From Bigelowiella natans CCMP2755 (taxonomy: Eukaryota; Protista; Cercozoa): a stretch of 64,000 nucleotides of DNA. The stretch is from NCBI GenBank assembly GCA_000320545.1, contig ADNK01000640.1, forward strand, positions 1 through 64,000, written 5' to 3'. The translations under genes and the position numbers were made by a program. Positions within the stretch are counted from its first letter, which is position 1, and every line of letters starts with the position of its first letter. This document shows, one piece after another, positions 15,322 through 27,948 of this stretch. The notes beneath the pieces are model-generated. The model was given only the letters and a program-made list of their open reading frames with translations, was not told the origin of the DNA and did not search any database.

Positions 15322-17115
15322 GGAATGAGGACGATGATGATAATCCTTTGCAACGAATGGGGTATACATTAATGCATTCGCTTTTATTCTTTAAGAAATG
15401 GGAGGACGGAGGGTAACAGTAATGTGTTTGGGGTCTTAACCCCTCCACGTGTGCTTACTTTCCCTTTCTTTGATTTATTTCTCGTCATCTTCTGAGCTCC
15501 TTGCTATTACATATGAAGGGGCTCTAAAAAAGTGGATGGGTCACTCGGCTGTTAAGACTGCCCTGCACGTTCCGCAGGATGCCTTCTTCTTCAGGTGAAA
15601 GCAGCAGCTCCATCATCACCATAAAAAAACAACAACAACAATAACAACAATAACTACGTTGACGACGACAACTCAGGGGGAATGTTGGGTTGATTTGGGA
15701 ATGCATACTGCTATATCTCATCATGCATTCACAATATGACGTTCAGTGGTGACAATGGCGCCGGCTTCGTGTACAATCTTACCGAGCCGAACCTCTCCTC
15801 CTTCTACAAAACGGTAGGAAGAAGAAGAAGAAGACGAAGAAAAAGGCATATACTTCCGCTGTTGTTGTCGCTAGTGATACATAAGTCTCACCGACCTCTC
15901 CTACATATGAGACTTTACGATATTACACTAATACCACCACAACGAATTAACTCTACTACATATTTTGTTGGTTACTGTGTGCTGCCGGGCTTCAGACGGC
16001 GGAGAAGAGCGCGTACAGGGTTCTTATCTACAACGGAGACACGGACCCCGGCTTGAATAGGTGCTGCCTGCCTACAAGTATTTTCATGTTGCCGTTGGAT
16101 AAAGTGATGACGTTGATGGTGGTGTTGATGGCGATGTTGTTGATGATGATGATATTACGATTGACGGAATTGAATGATGCTGGTGATGCACGATGATCTC
16201 GCTCACGTTGCGATGTCGGTGCAGCTTCGTCATGCAGAACTGGACCAGAGCGCTCGGGTTGAAGGTAGAATTCAACGAGGAAGGGAGAGGAGGAAGGAGG
16301 AGGTGTATCTTATATCAGGCCGCCATATCCCCTGTCTGGCGAACAATTGTTCGTGAGGCCCACATCGAAGAAACTTCCAGGCGTTTTTAATCTTATTTCA
16401 TCCCCTACTCCCCCCCCCCCCCCTTTTTAGGAGGTAGAAGGCTGGCGCCCCTGGACTCTCGACGGCAGGCAACGAGTAATGTTTCCTGCGAGCCAAATTA
16501 CCTCTTAGTGCGGCAGTGATATTATTCTCCTGGGCCATCACCATCTCACAATGATTCTCTCCTGATGGTGCGATTGATCATCAGATGGGCGGGTACGTGA
16601 CTCGTTACGAAGGCAACTTTGACACGTTGACAATCCGAGGGAGCGGGCATATGGTGCCGGAGTTCAAGCCACGGTAAGTCAACTCGCGAGCAAGCAGCAT
16701 CTGCCACACACGCCACGCATGGCACGACACTTCGTATGTGTACGATGGAAAGATACAGATATTTGGTCCAACGGCTCTTCTGTGAATCAGATCAAATTTT
16801 GCCTTGCCCGCCAATGTCGTGCAGCAGCGGTGGGAGTGTGCGTGTCGCATCGCACAGCATCATTAGAAACTATTACAACTATCGGAGTTAACAAGCTCTT
16901 GGAGCAGTGATAGTGGTGGTGTGATGGTGGTGGTGGTGCTGATGTGAAGTAGACTGTTAAGGGAAGCAATCATTGGAATAATCATGTTGACATGATTATT
17001 CGAGGCGTTATGACATTACCTCACCACTCCCCACTAATATCTGCACATTAGAGCGGCTCTGGAATTCCTTTCCCGCTGGTTAAAGAACGAAGAGTGGCAG
17101 CGCTACCAAGCATAA
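12537..17115 (+). CDS. serine carboxypeptidase, peptidase family S10, secreted, multi-exon
   Basis: Signal peptide [14 protein letters not shown]; LPGW..YAGY; [10 protein letters not shown]; catalytic GESYAG (~13823), NGDTD (~16032), GSGHMVP (~16639); last exon [19 protein letters not shown], stop 17113-17115. Confidence 0.95.
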
Positions 17116-17177
17116 CTATTGTGTTCCCAAGATGATTCAAATTCACCAAAAAAAAATGTTGCGAAGTTCTCTCTCTC

Positions 17178-17223
<46 letters not shown>

Positions 17224-18245
17224 GTGTGTGTGTGTGTGTGTGTTGAAAATAAGATATAGTGTAGCTCAGTTCAAGCTGGTGGCTGATTGCATGCCCATCA
17301 ATTGTCCGACTGCTGAAATACACAACTCATCTTCATATTTCTTTTACACATATACCGCCTTGCTTCAGCGTGCGGCGCAGCGTCGGTATCACTACGCACG
17401 CGGTGATGGTTGTGCTGGCCTATGTACGCACCGGTGCAAAGTATAAATAGCGTCCGAGACACACATATTTGCATGTATGACATCATGGCAACAGCATCTG
17501 TCAGCTGCTGGCACTTGCTGTTCCTCCACGTGGCCATAACCTTTATGTACTGTACAACTGACACTATATATACTAGCTAGATCTGCAGGGATTCACACCT
17601 TGCGAGCTAGTCGCTTCGTATGTCAGATGTAATTGCACATGCATGTATGCGAATGCATACCTTAGATCGAGACACAGAACAGCATGCTCATGTGGCGCAC
17701 ACACATGCATAGTGAGGAATCAGCTCACTGCCACATGGGAAACACGCACTGCTGAGCAAAGCATGCGCGACATTCAAGACCGAAACAACATGCACACATT
17801 TGATTGCATGAAACACATCATGCTATAGCTGGCTAGCTGGATGGCGGAGACCAATAGATTTAATGTTAGCGCTGACAACGGATGAATTACACAGCTCAAG
17901 ACAGCTAGCTACATGAGGATGACCATTGAACAAATTTATTAATTTGATTAATTGCATCCGTCATATAATCGTCTTACGTATGTAGGCCTCCATTGTAGAC
18001 TGCACTGCTTTTGTCACTTTGTTGATTCCTGCGCTCAGCGCTGATTGCTAGCCAGCTACGTACACGGCACCAATTGTTGCATGTAAAAATGATATTGTAC
18101 GTACTACACGCGGCATGAGCTATGCTTCAATCGTTCTCGAAAATGGCTACATTTGGAGTAGATTCTTGACTTTACACTTATTTTTAAATAATTGCATAAC
18201 ATGACTACAGCGCTCGCGACGAATAACGACATCATCATTGATCGA

Positions 18246-18923
18246 TTAGTTCCACGCTCGACTCTCCACTGTATTGAACGCCAGGTTTGTAGAATTACTC
18301 AATTTACCCTGCGTGGAAATCACAGCCAAATATTTAGGAAAGAGTGATGGTGCAGTTGAAGGATCCCCACAGGATTATGCTCATATTACGTGTCAGATTC
18401 ATGCCCTACCGTCTTCTGTATCAGTTTGACAGCATGCTTTGGTATTCCCAAGATTCCCTTATTGCCCTTCGATGCTTCAGCCTTTATAACCTACAAATAA
18501 GATCATGTAAATGACGAGCGAAATAACCATGGTGGACATTGCAAGCTGTTTTTACGCAAATGTTTTTAAATCACAAAAGAACGTCATTTTGGGTCGAGAG
18601 ACATCTATCTGGAATGTGACATCCAAGGTACCCGATAATTACAATTACGGCGGCAAATTATGTTTGAAAGCAGAAGATGAATCGTTTCGAGGTACTACCC
18701 TACAGAAAACCGGAACTTTGATTGTTTCTTCGCCATAGTCACAAAACGACCTCACAGTGATGTAGCTATTATCATCAAAAGCATTTATAGGATCAAATGA
18801 AGCACTGTTCTTAACGAATGTCACTTAAATTCTAATCATTCCCTCCTCTCGAGATACTGTCTATCGCAACCACGGCTATTTAAATGGATACGTGGACGAA
18901 TGTGGCCTCTCCGACACCAGTAG

Positions 18924-18967
<44 letters not shown>

Positions 18968-19199
18968 GGCGTCTGTTTCTAGATGTGTCTAGTGAATAAT
19001 CGAAAGTATAAAAAAAGAAGAGAAGAATATTGAGTAATACAAGGAGAAGACCACACCCTGTTTTTTCTCCAGGTTTTTGTTTTCCAAAGAAACTAACGAT
19101 GGTCTGAACGAGGAGAAGAAGAGATACATCCACACATACGTGTTCATTTTACGGAAAGTATAGAGAACGGGAATGACGATGACTTGAAGAAACGGCGAG

Positions 19200-19239
<40 letters not shown>

Positions 19240-19419
19240 ATTTTATACTCTTTTACTTGCACAGAACACTTAGATACAATACACAATATGAAACGACATG
19301 ATGCTCTCCTCCTGGCTCCAAGACAGTCTTTTTAAAGCTTCCTGAAAACGTATGTACGCGAATCAGTAAAGGGTGTATGCGTTGTGTGTGTGTGTGTGTG
19401 TGTATGTGTGTGTGTGTGT

Positions 19420-19472
<53 letters not shown>

Positions 19473-20361
19473 GTGTGTGGGCTGTGCATGGGGCATTTGA
19501 GAAGACAAGAATGTTGAAAACTCACCGTGTATAAACGGGGCCTGACGGAATGAAACGTCCACATGCAATAAGCACAAATATCTTGATTTGACCTGCGAAG
19601 AGTAGCGATATCAATTACATGACAAGCACTCCCCATCGAGCAGCGAGCTGACAGGCAGTCTCACAGAACAACACATGGTGTAAGCATCTTGGAACAGCAA
19701 CGACTTTACAGGGGACGCAAAAGTGCTGATGTATGGTGTTTTGCCGGCGCTCACCGTTATCTTATATTTGTACTGAGCGGTAGTCGAGCACATCACGACC
19801 CCCATGTTGAGCGCCTATTATAAAGTCAGAGCTCCGTTCACATTGCTGGCGATACCAACATTGATTCTAGATTGCGGCTCGAAATCGGAAAAGGAATGTT
19901 TGTTGTTGTTGTGAGTCGTTGTCATTGTCACACGTCTGTGCAACAAAGGTCCATACAAAATAATGCAGCGGCATGAGTATCCGCCAACTGTACACATGAG
20001 CTCTTCTCACCCGTGACTTGTATCCAAACCAGTTTGTTTTCTTCGGCCGTTTGGCCACTGAGGGGATGATGATGATCGGGTATTTAACATGCTGACTCGA
20101 AACAGAAAGTCAAAGCTGCTTGCAAGCACAGGCATGTGCTTCAACGATAATTTAAACAGACGCTACACTAAAAAGATTGGTTGTATGGATAGACAGACGG
20201 ACGGACGAACTTACAGGGTGGCAGTTGCTGGGCATTATCTCTAATATGGCGCATACATCGTAATCAGAGACGCAGAAGAACTAGCACGAAAGCATTCGAA
20301 TTTGAAAGTGTCGAGAGGTGAGGGAGAAGGAAAAAAATTAATAACGGGTAGGCGATCAGAT

Positions 20362-20411
<50 letters not shown>

Positions 20412-21190
20412 GTTGAGGTCGTGTGTGTGTGGGGGGGGGGGGGGGGGGGGGGGTAAAAATTCCCTTTTTTTTTTTTTAAGAACTCCCACTAGCTATTTTT
20501 GAATCCCTTCTACCAACCTATATGGGTACGGGTCCAAAAATACCGCAACATCGACAAACTTGTTCTTTGGGTACTGCATGTGGTTATCCGACATAGTAGG
20601 AGGAGAAGCGACAAGAGTAAAGCAGTCAACAACCAGCTCAGATGGACTCGAGAGATTGACATGGGAACGAAGACATAAACACAAATTTGGAGCATTTCCA
20701 GATTGGGAACAAAAATACTTATGCAATTATTACTGCTATCACTAGTATATACTTCTACACACTACCTTTGCTTGTGGACTGGTGGCTTCGAATTCAAACT
20801 GTGGAGTTATCGTAACAATCGCAATGTGAAACTTTGGAATCATTGCATCTCGGCGAAGTAGAGTTTGACAACTTTAGAGAACATTCGTATAGAAGCCGCA
20901 GTGTTCTTCGTCGTCATTTATTATCAAATAGAAGGGTAATGGCAGCATAAATTATAGTATACTGGTTTATTTACATCAAGCTGCGGTGTGCTGAGCGTGC
21001 TGTGGGTACTGCGCAAGAAATGATCCTACAAATACAGCACACAAGTTTGTGTGAAGATTACAAATATATTATTAACACACGCGATCAATTTGGACGTGTT
21101 GTTTATCGAGAGAAAGATAGAGAGAGGGAACAAGGGGAAAAGGAAAAGATGGAATAGGAAACTATTCCTTTCATGATTGTGACACACACA

Positions 21191-21225
<35 letters not shown>

Positions 21226-21629
21226 GGAGAGAGAGTAGAAGCAAGCGAAGCCAAATCCGATAGAAGATGGAAAACGCGAGAATTTTAAGATCATATGAAA
21301 TTCACCTTCGCTTCATCCAGATATTTGGCTCTTTCGACCAATGCACGTATGGAACCTGGAAGCACTGCATCAACTACTTTGGAGGACGAACTGATTTCTT
21401 CGTTCGCAGCTTCCATTGGCTTCGCTTCAGTGCCTTTTGTTTCTTCTTTAGTTTCAGTACCGCCTGCTTCTACTTCACTCGTCGTCGCCTCAGTATCTTT
21501 CTCCTCCTTCGTTTCGTTTTCTCCACTGGTCTCCTGGGCTTTGCTATTCTCCTCCTCCCCCTTTTCCACCTCTTCTGGTGGTGGATCAGCCGTTGTTTGG
21601 GCGTCCCCGCCGACGTGCTTCTTGTCCAT
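18246..21629 (-). CDS. multi-exon gene of unknown function with acidic N-terminus
   Basis: First exon MDKKHVGGDAQTTADPPPEEVEK...; later AG/GT-flanked exons (VIKAEASKGNKGILGIPKHAVKLIQKT; GKLSNSTNLAFNTVESRAWN*). Confidence 0.45.
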
Positions 21630-22088
21630 TCTTATGTCTAAGATGAAACCCCCACGCAATCAACGAACGATGAAAGCGAATCCTCCGCCCCCAACACTCA
21701 ACACAAAAAACCTGGGCAGGCTCGAATGTACAGTTATTATCTAGATTATTTAAGAAACAGTTCTTAATATGCACATGCGCGTAAAGTATATTGCGACTTG
21801 ACAATATCTGCATTCTTGTATTTGTTGTAATTGTTGTTTTCTTTATTTCATCAGCTTCGATACAATACGAAATAAAATCCTAAAAAGGTTTCCTAAATTA
21901 AAGGTCTTAACTAGGTTTGGTATAATTATGGTGGGTTGACTGTAGTTCTATTTTCTGTTTTACTTTTATTTTTAATCTACAGTGATCTACAATGATTCAC
22001 AGCTATAAACCCGGTCTATATTTCTTTCAAGGGTATTGTTTTTATTGTTGTCTGGTATTATTTTATATTTTTTAAACTAATATTAAAA

Positions 22089-22223
22089 ATGGAAAGCTAT
22101 AGTGATATTTCCGAATTTGATAATGAAACTAATTTATCAAACTTCTTCTTAAAATGCGCCATAACTGGAGTGCTTATATTTATCTTCTTTTACTCGTATC
22201 TATCTCCCTTCATTTATATTTAA
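22089..22223 (+). CDS. 44-aa putative small membrane peptide in the element's left end
   Basis: ATG...TAA, MESYSDISEFDNETNLSNFFLKCAITGVLIFIFFYSYLSPFIYI; frame also open in copy B, where the stop reads TGA. Confidence 0.25.
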   Translation: MESYSDISEFDNETNLSNFFLKCAITGVLIFIFFYSYLSPFIYI

Positions 22224-22224
22224 T

Positions 22225-22808
22225 CTCGGGTTGGTCAAATTCCCAGAGGCTCTCCTGTGTTTTATATTTCCAATAACTGACCCACAAAAGTCTCGAGTTG
22301 GTCAAATTCTCAGAGACTCTCCTGTGTTTTATATTTCCAGTAACTGGCCCAGAAAAGTCTCGAGTTGGTCAAATTCTCAGAGACTCTCCTGTGTTTTATA
22401 TTTCCAATAACTGGCCCACAAAAGTCTCGAGTTGGTCAAATTCTCAGAGACTCTCCTGTGTTTTATATTTCCAGTAACTGGCCCACAAAAGTCTCGAGTT
22501 GGTCAAATTCTCAGAGACTCTCCTGTGTTTTATATTTCCAATATCTGGCCCACAAAAGTCTCGAGTTGGTCAAATTCTCAGAGACTCTCCTGTGTTAAAA
22601 GTGGAATTAGGTAATTCATTCTGGAAACCATCCTAGTGCATCCTGCCCAGTTAAACCGGACCCATTGGACCCATTGGACCCACTTGGACCCACTTGGACT
22701 CACTTCGAGTTGGTCAAATTCTCAGAGACTCTCCTGTGTTTTATATTTCCAATAACTGGCCCACAAAAGTCTCGAGTTGGTCAAATTCTCAGAGACTCTC
22801 CTGTGTTT
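22225..22808 (+). repeat. 67-bp tandem array (left subterminal array of copy A)
   Basis: Unit CTCGAGTTGGTCAAATTCTCAGAGACTCTCCTGTGTTTTATATTTCCAATAACTGGCCCACAAAAGT starting at 22225, 22292, 22359, 22426, 22493, 22560; interrupted at ~22598-22705, then 1.5 more units. Confidence 0.95.
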
Positions 22809-23349
22809 TACAAATTAAGTTCAGCCCTACCTTCTACAGAAATAATCACTGCGTAACCAGGGTAGGTTCGTGGGCCAGTTTAAAATTGGAGATATGAAAC
22901 ACAGGAGAGTCTCTGGAAATTTGACCAACTCGAGATAATCCTGGGATATATATTATTTTAAGGATAAGTATAAATAAAGACCAATTAATGCAAAATTATA
23001 CCCTTTACACGAGTTTTATGTAAAAAGGGATATTTGCGGAATATCGAAATAAGTCAAAATTAAACCCTATAAATACCCATATTAGACAAATATTTGAGTT
23101 TTATAGTAGATATACTGGGTACGACTCGTATATATAGAAGAAATTATTAGGTTTAGAGAGATAAATACAAAATTACAAGATTTTACAAGACTTAAAACAA
23201 ATTACAGAGAAACGAAATGTAAATTTCCAAAAGCAAAATATAGTTGTCGCGGTCGTGAATTATAGACCATGCATATTAAGAACTGTTTCTTAACCGCATG
23301 ACAAGACGACATCACCCCTCGATCCGATCCAGAGAGCATTTAGGAAACG

Positions 23350-24473
23350 ATGTACGACAACATGGAAGTCAACCGAAGCAACAGCAACGCAAAGAGCCCT
23401 ACCATGACCTGGGTTTTGTTAGGGTTTGTGGGGTTGTTTTCCATCATTGCTTTGATTATTGCTTCGGTGGCTATGCATAAGGCAGGAAACTGTTCATGTA
23501 ACTCCGGCAGCGACACGACATCCATCGACCGCATCTCTGGCTCAACCAGCTTCAACGCATTTACAACCTATTGGGAGGCTTATGATGGTAATTCGTATTG
23601 AAATTCTCTCGATGAAACGGGGAAATAAACCTCCGATGATAATATTTTTAAACATTATGCTTACCATTTACAAGATACGTGTGTTATAATTTTTTTGGCA
23701 TCTCCCCCATCCCCCCATCTCCTGAAGAGGCCAATTGGAAGAAGACTGTGGCCGATGATATAAAATTCGAGATCGATAAGATTCAAGGAAGCGCACGCAC
23801 GGGAAAAGACAACGTCTGGAGCTTTCGAATGGGACTTTCTTCCGACCCGAACGGCCAGCTCACTTGGACCAACACGTACGATAGTTATTTCTACGATCCC
23901 GACCAGAACACTCTTTTGGCGCGAATGATTTCGATCTTGCGCAACACCGGAGAGACGATGCAAGTTGGGTGGTGGACTTGCAAATTCAATTCTGAAGGCA
24001 AGATCTCATCAATGTCCCAGAAGGTAATCTGGGCTAGCTGGCTCGTCGGATACTCCAACCAACAGAGCACTGCGGATAAGATATCAGGCAAATATGGTTT
24101 CAACGCATTTACGACTGCTTGGGAGAACTATGATGAAACAACTTGGAAGTCGATTGTCGCCGACGATATTAATTTTGGCATCGATCAGATAAATAGCAGC
24201 TTCATCCAGGGCAAGGAGAATGTATGGGCATTCCGCAAGACCTTGCAAAACGGCACCAACTCTCGGCTTGCGTGGACGAACACTTATTCAAACTTCCTTA
24301 TCGATCCATCCAACTCTTCGATCCTCCATGCACAAATGACCAGCTACATCAAAGCCACGGGCCAGACGATGCAGCTTGGTAAGTGGGTTTGCGAGTTCAA
24401 CCAGCAAGGGAGAATTCGCAAAATGCGGCAGAACGTCCTGTGGGCTAGCTGGTTGAACTCAACTTCAAGCTGA
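23350..24473 (+). CDS. type II membrane protein with two tandem ~130-aa repeats (NTF2/SnoaL-like fold suspected)
   Basis: Exon 23350-23587, GT-AG intron 23588-23727, exon 23728-24473. Splicing restores YWEAYDEANWKKTVADDI, matching repeat 2 AWENYDETTWKSIVADDI. N-terminal TM helix WVLLGFVGLFSIIALIIASVAM. Confidence 0.75.
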
Positions 24474-24617
24474 AGTCAATCAAGCTGTCATGGAGTTGGT
24501 TCCAATTTTCTGTGACAGACATGCGTTAGTGCGGAATGCCTTCGATGCGATGCAATGCGATGATGTGACATGCACTGGCTAGCTAGTGCATTGAGGATGT
24601 GCGGTACTACTGACTAG

Positions 24618-24767
24618 CTAGCTAGGGCTAGAGGGTAGGATGCGCACAATAGACATGTAACTCTTCTCAACCTCATCACGAATTTTCTGAATCCTTTCAT
24701 CATTGAGAAGAAAATCAACGATATCGTTATGACACATCTCATTAGCCCAGTCCAATGCGGTTTGGCC
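24618..24767 (-). pseudogene. orphan terminal exon encoding an ankyrin repeat
   Basis: GQTALDWANEMCHNDIVDFLL after a tag acceptor; upstream region is cut by element copy B; lies in a TA-depleted patch. Confidence 0.55.
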
Positions 24768-24983
24768 TAGTGCAAAAAGCAAACAACAATTGCATGGCAC
24801 AACAGCAGTATCAGCCTACATCATCTAGCCAACAAATCAACCTACCATCGATTTTGCAACCACAAAACACTCAACAAACCTACTAACCACCCCAAATCCG
24901 TTTGTGTGTACTTTTTCTGCTATGCCTAATTCTACTACCACTACTACTGCTACTACTACTACTACTCGTATTACTATCCACTC

Positions 24984-26481
24984 AAAACTCAATATTTGTC
25001 TAATATGGGTATTTATAGGGTTTAATTTTGACTTATTTCGATGTTCCGCAAATGTCCCTTTTTGCATAAAACTCGTGTAAAGGGTATAATTTTGCATTAA
25101 TTGGTCTTCATTTACACTTATCCTTAAAATAATATGTATCCCAGGATTATCTCGAGTTGGTCAAATTTCCAGAGACTCTCCTGTGTTTCATGTCTCCAAT
25201 TTTAAACTGGCCCACGAACCTACCCTGGTTACGCAGTGATTGTTTCTGTAGAAGGTAGGGCTGAATTAAATAGTAGGAGGGGGGTATTCATATTTCTATA
25301 CATAAAGGTCTCGAGTTGGTCAAATTTCCAGAGACTCTCCTGTGTTTCATGTCTCCAATTTTAAACTGGCCCACGAACCTACCCTGGTTACGCAGTGATT
25401 ATTTCCATGGAAGGTAGGGCTGAACTCAAATGGTAGGAGGGGGGTATTCATATTTCTACACACAAAGGTCTCGAGTTGGTCAAATTTCCAGAGACTCTCC
25501 TGTGTTTCATATCTCCAATTTTAAACTGGCCCACGAACCTACCCTGGTTACGCAGTGATTATTTCTGTAGAAGGTAGGGCTGAACTCAATTTGTAAAACA
25601 CAGGAGAGTCTCTGAGAATTTGACCAACTCGAGACTTTTGTGGGCCAGTTATTGGAAATGTAAAACACAGGAGAGTCTCTGAGAATTTGACCAACTCGAG
25701 ACTTTTCTGGGCCAGTTACTGGAAACACAAAACACAGGAGAGTCTCTGAGAATTTGACCAACTCGAGACTTTTGTGGGCCAGTTGTTGGAAATATAAAAC
25801 ACAGGAGAGTCTCTGAGAATTTGACCAACTCGAGACTTTTCTGGGCCAGTTACTGGAAATATAAAACACAGGAGAGTCTCTGAGAATTTGACCAACTCGA
25901 GACTTTTGTGGGTCAGTTATTGGAAATACAAAACACAGGAGAGCCTCTGGGAATTTGACCAACCCGAGATGTTGTTAAGTATTGGTCCATGTTCCGATGT
26001 ATTTTGATCAAATATAAATGAAGGGAGATAGATGCGAGTAAAAGAAGATAAATATAAGCACTCCAGTTGTGGCGCATTTTGAGAAGAAGTTTGATAAATT
26101 AGTTTCATTGTCAAATTCGGAAATATCACTATAGCTTTCCATTTTTAATGTTAGTTTAAAAAACATAAAATAACACCAGACAACAATGAAAACAATACCC
26201 TTGAAAGAAATGTAGACCGGGTTTATAGCTGTGAATCATTGTAGATCACTGTGGATTAAAAATGAAAGTAAAACAGAAAATGGAACTACAGTCAACCCAC
26301 CATGATCATGCCAAACCTAGTTAAGACCTTCAATTTAGGAAACCTTTTTAGGATTTTATTTCGTATTGTATCGAAGCTGATGAAACAAAGAAAACAACAA
26401 TTGCAACAAATACAAGAATGCAGATGTTGTCAAGTCGCAATGTGCTTTGCGCGCATGTGCATGTTAAGAACTGTTTCTTAA
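24984..26481 (-). mobile_element. inverted copy B of the TIR element, right end truncated, TpA-hypermutated
   Basis: Reverse complement aligns to copy A; left TIR at 26464-26481; 5.5 x 67-bp units (25597-25968) and about 3 x 159/160-bp units (25151, 25310, 25470). Confidence 0.85.
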
Positions 26482-27010
26482 CTCGAGGATCTAAAGCTTG
26501 CTCTGCTCAAAGCCATGAAGGAAATTGCAGATCGGAACGACCAAATGAGAAAGAAAAAGACTTGCAACATTCACGTGGTAAACGTGCACGATTGTGGAAT
26601 GAAGTGGAATGAAGTGTTGATCAACATGTTTCATTTGACATGATTGGCACTCGGGTTTGCAATTTTCTTGCAAGTGAGATGTCATGCGCATTTGTTGCTT
26701 TGTTAGTTAGGCAGCACAAAGATGAGTCCATGACAAGGTTGCAAGAGAAGCAGCTCGAAGAGCACAGCATGCAGGTGCAGGTGTTGCAAAAGCAGCTCGA
26801 TGCAGCAAGTTCACACAACGAAATTTTGAAAAATGTGCAAATTCCATCATCCCAATTTGATCGAGATTGTGCATGGAGAGAATTCGACATTTCAATGGGA
26901 ACAGAAGAGGAAGAAGACAAATTCGACAGTGTTCAAAAAAAAAAATGTCAGTGTCATGATTTTGCAGTGACGTGCACACGCACAAACATCGCACAACAAA
27001 CCACAACAAA

Positions 27011-27268
27011 ATGGACCACATCTGGCATTCTTTGGAGATCATCTCACAACTGTTGATCATCATTGGAGGGTTGAACTGGGGGCTGATCGCCGTCTACGAT
27101 CTCGATCTGGTTGCGAGCCTTTTTGGCCCCAAAACTGTCGCAAGCCGTTTGGCATGTGGTTTGGTGGGAATGGGGGCCATGCTCTCGGCTCAATTCCTTT
27201 TGCTAAAGTTGACAGAGGCCCAAGATTCGACCGTCGTCGAGTCTAGTGAAAGTGAAACGGTGGCATGA
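27011..27268 (+). CDS. DUF378-family small membrane protein
   Basis: Signature LIIIGGLNWGLIAVYDLDLVASLFG...SRLACGLVG. Confidence 0.75.
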   Translation: MDHIWHSLEIISQLLIIIGGLNWGLIAVYDLDLVASLFGPKTVASRLACGLVGMGAMLSAQFLLLKLTEAQDSTVVESSESETVA

Positions 27269-27274
27269 GCTAAA

Positions 27275-27931
27275 ATGCGTTTCTTCTTTTGCATTGCTAA
27301 ATGTTTTTTGCCACTTTGCAGTGATCGATGGAGACAGCGATCTGGCCTTTCCTGTTTTGTTTCTGTGCGCGCCTTCCAGACAATGGCCAGTTCCTCTGCA
27401 TGTTCGTTCGTGGAAACAATCTGGAATGTGATCGAAAGTGCAAACAAATCAGAAACCATTGGCCTTCGCTCAAAGAAAATGCTAGAACTTTTCCATTGTT
27501 TGGATGAGAATCGTTTGTGGGAAGAACGCGCCAAGGCATGCAGAAAACATGCTCGATTTGAGGACATGGTTGTTCGCAAGATGCCACAGACAATGCGACA
27601 CGAACTGTTTCCCTGCGTCCCTTCCAAAACACAGTGCGAACATCTCAAACTGCAGCACAAATTGGGGACAAAATCAAACAGATGTGAGATGTTTTTAGAA
27701 AGCAAGAATCGATTTTGTTTTGATTCTGTTCCTCTCTTGCAAGGTGTGCGGTCATGTCATTGTCACATTGGGACGGAATCAGTTCATCGCAAAGTCACGG
27801 AGCCTTCATCAAACAAGTGGTTGGATGGCGATCCGTCGAAATTGGTGCTCACCTGTGTTCTCATTGCACAACACATTTTCAAAAATGACGTCGATTTTTT
27901 TTTTTTTTGTGAAAAGAGGACCAAGCTCTGA
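27275..27931 (+). pseudogene. hypermutated hypothetical viral-like ORF
   Basis: 218-aa ORF with no Tyr and a Cys/His excess; likely true start MASS near 27383. Confidence 0.45.
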
Positions 27932-27948
27932 CCCACTCCACCACAAAT

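Larger units (their letters stand above)
21750..23293 (+). mobile_element. non-autonomous TIR element, copy A (~1.54 kb, TTAA-ended, unmutated)
   Basis: 24-bp terminal inverted repeats TTAAGAAACAGTTCTTAATATGCA (21750) and TGCATATTAAGAACTGTTTCTTAA (ends 23293); inward-facing subterminal repeats; no transposase; related copies at 24984-26481 and 39373-40683. Confidence 0.8.

Noticed and set aside
1-21600. Many short ORFs with poly-H/T/S/CV/IY tracts (also 41000-64000)
   Set aside because: They are translations of intronic microsatellites or antisense frames of real exons.
21750-21767. piggyBac assignment from TTAA ends
   Set aside because: The termini lack the CCY start and no transposase is present; superfamily left open.
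22225-22808. CRISPR-like array (37-bp core at a 67-bp period; also 25597-25968 and 39373-40326)
   Set aside because: The intervening sequences are near identical rather than unique spacers, there are no cas genes, and the context is eukaryotic.
21750-23293. Classical RIP (CA to TA) acting on copy A
   Set aside because: A and C share TA, B's array units have private TG/CA changes, and the Walker A and Tyr loss indicate the TA to TG/CA direction.
24984-26481. Diversity-generating retroelement (adenine-specific mutagenesis, template/variable repeat pair)
   Set aside because: Only transitions, on both strands, restricted to TA context and spread over kilobases; no reverse transcriptase seen.
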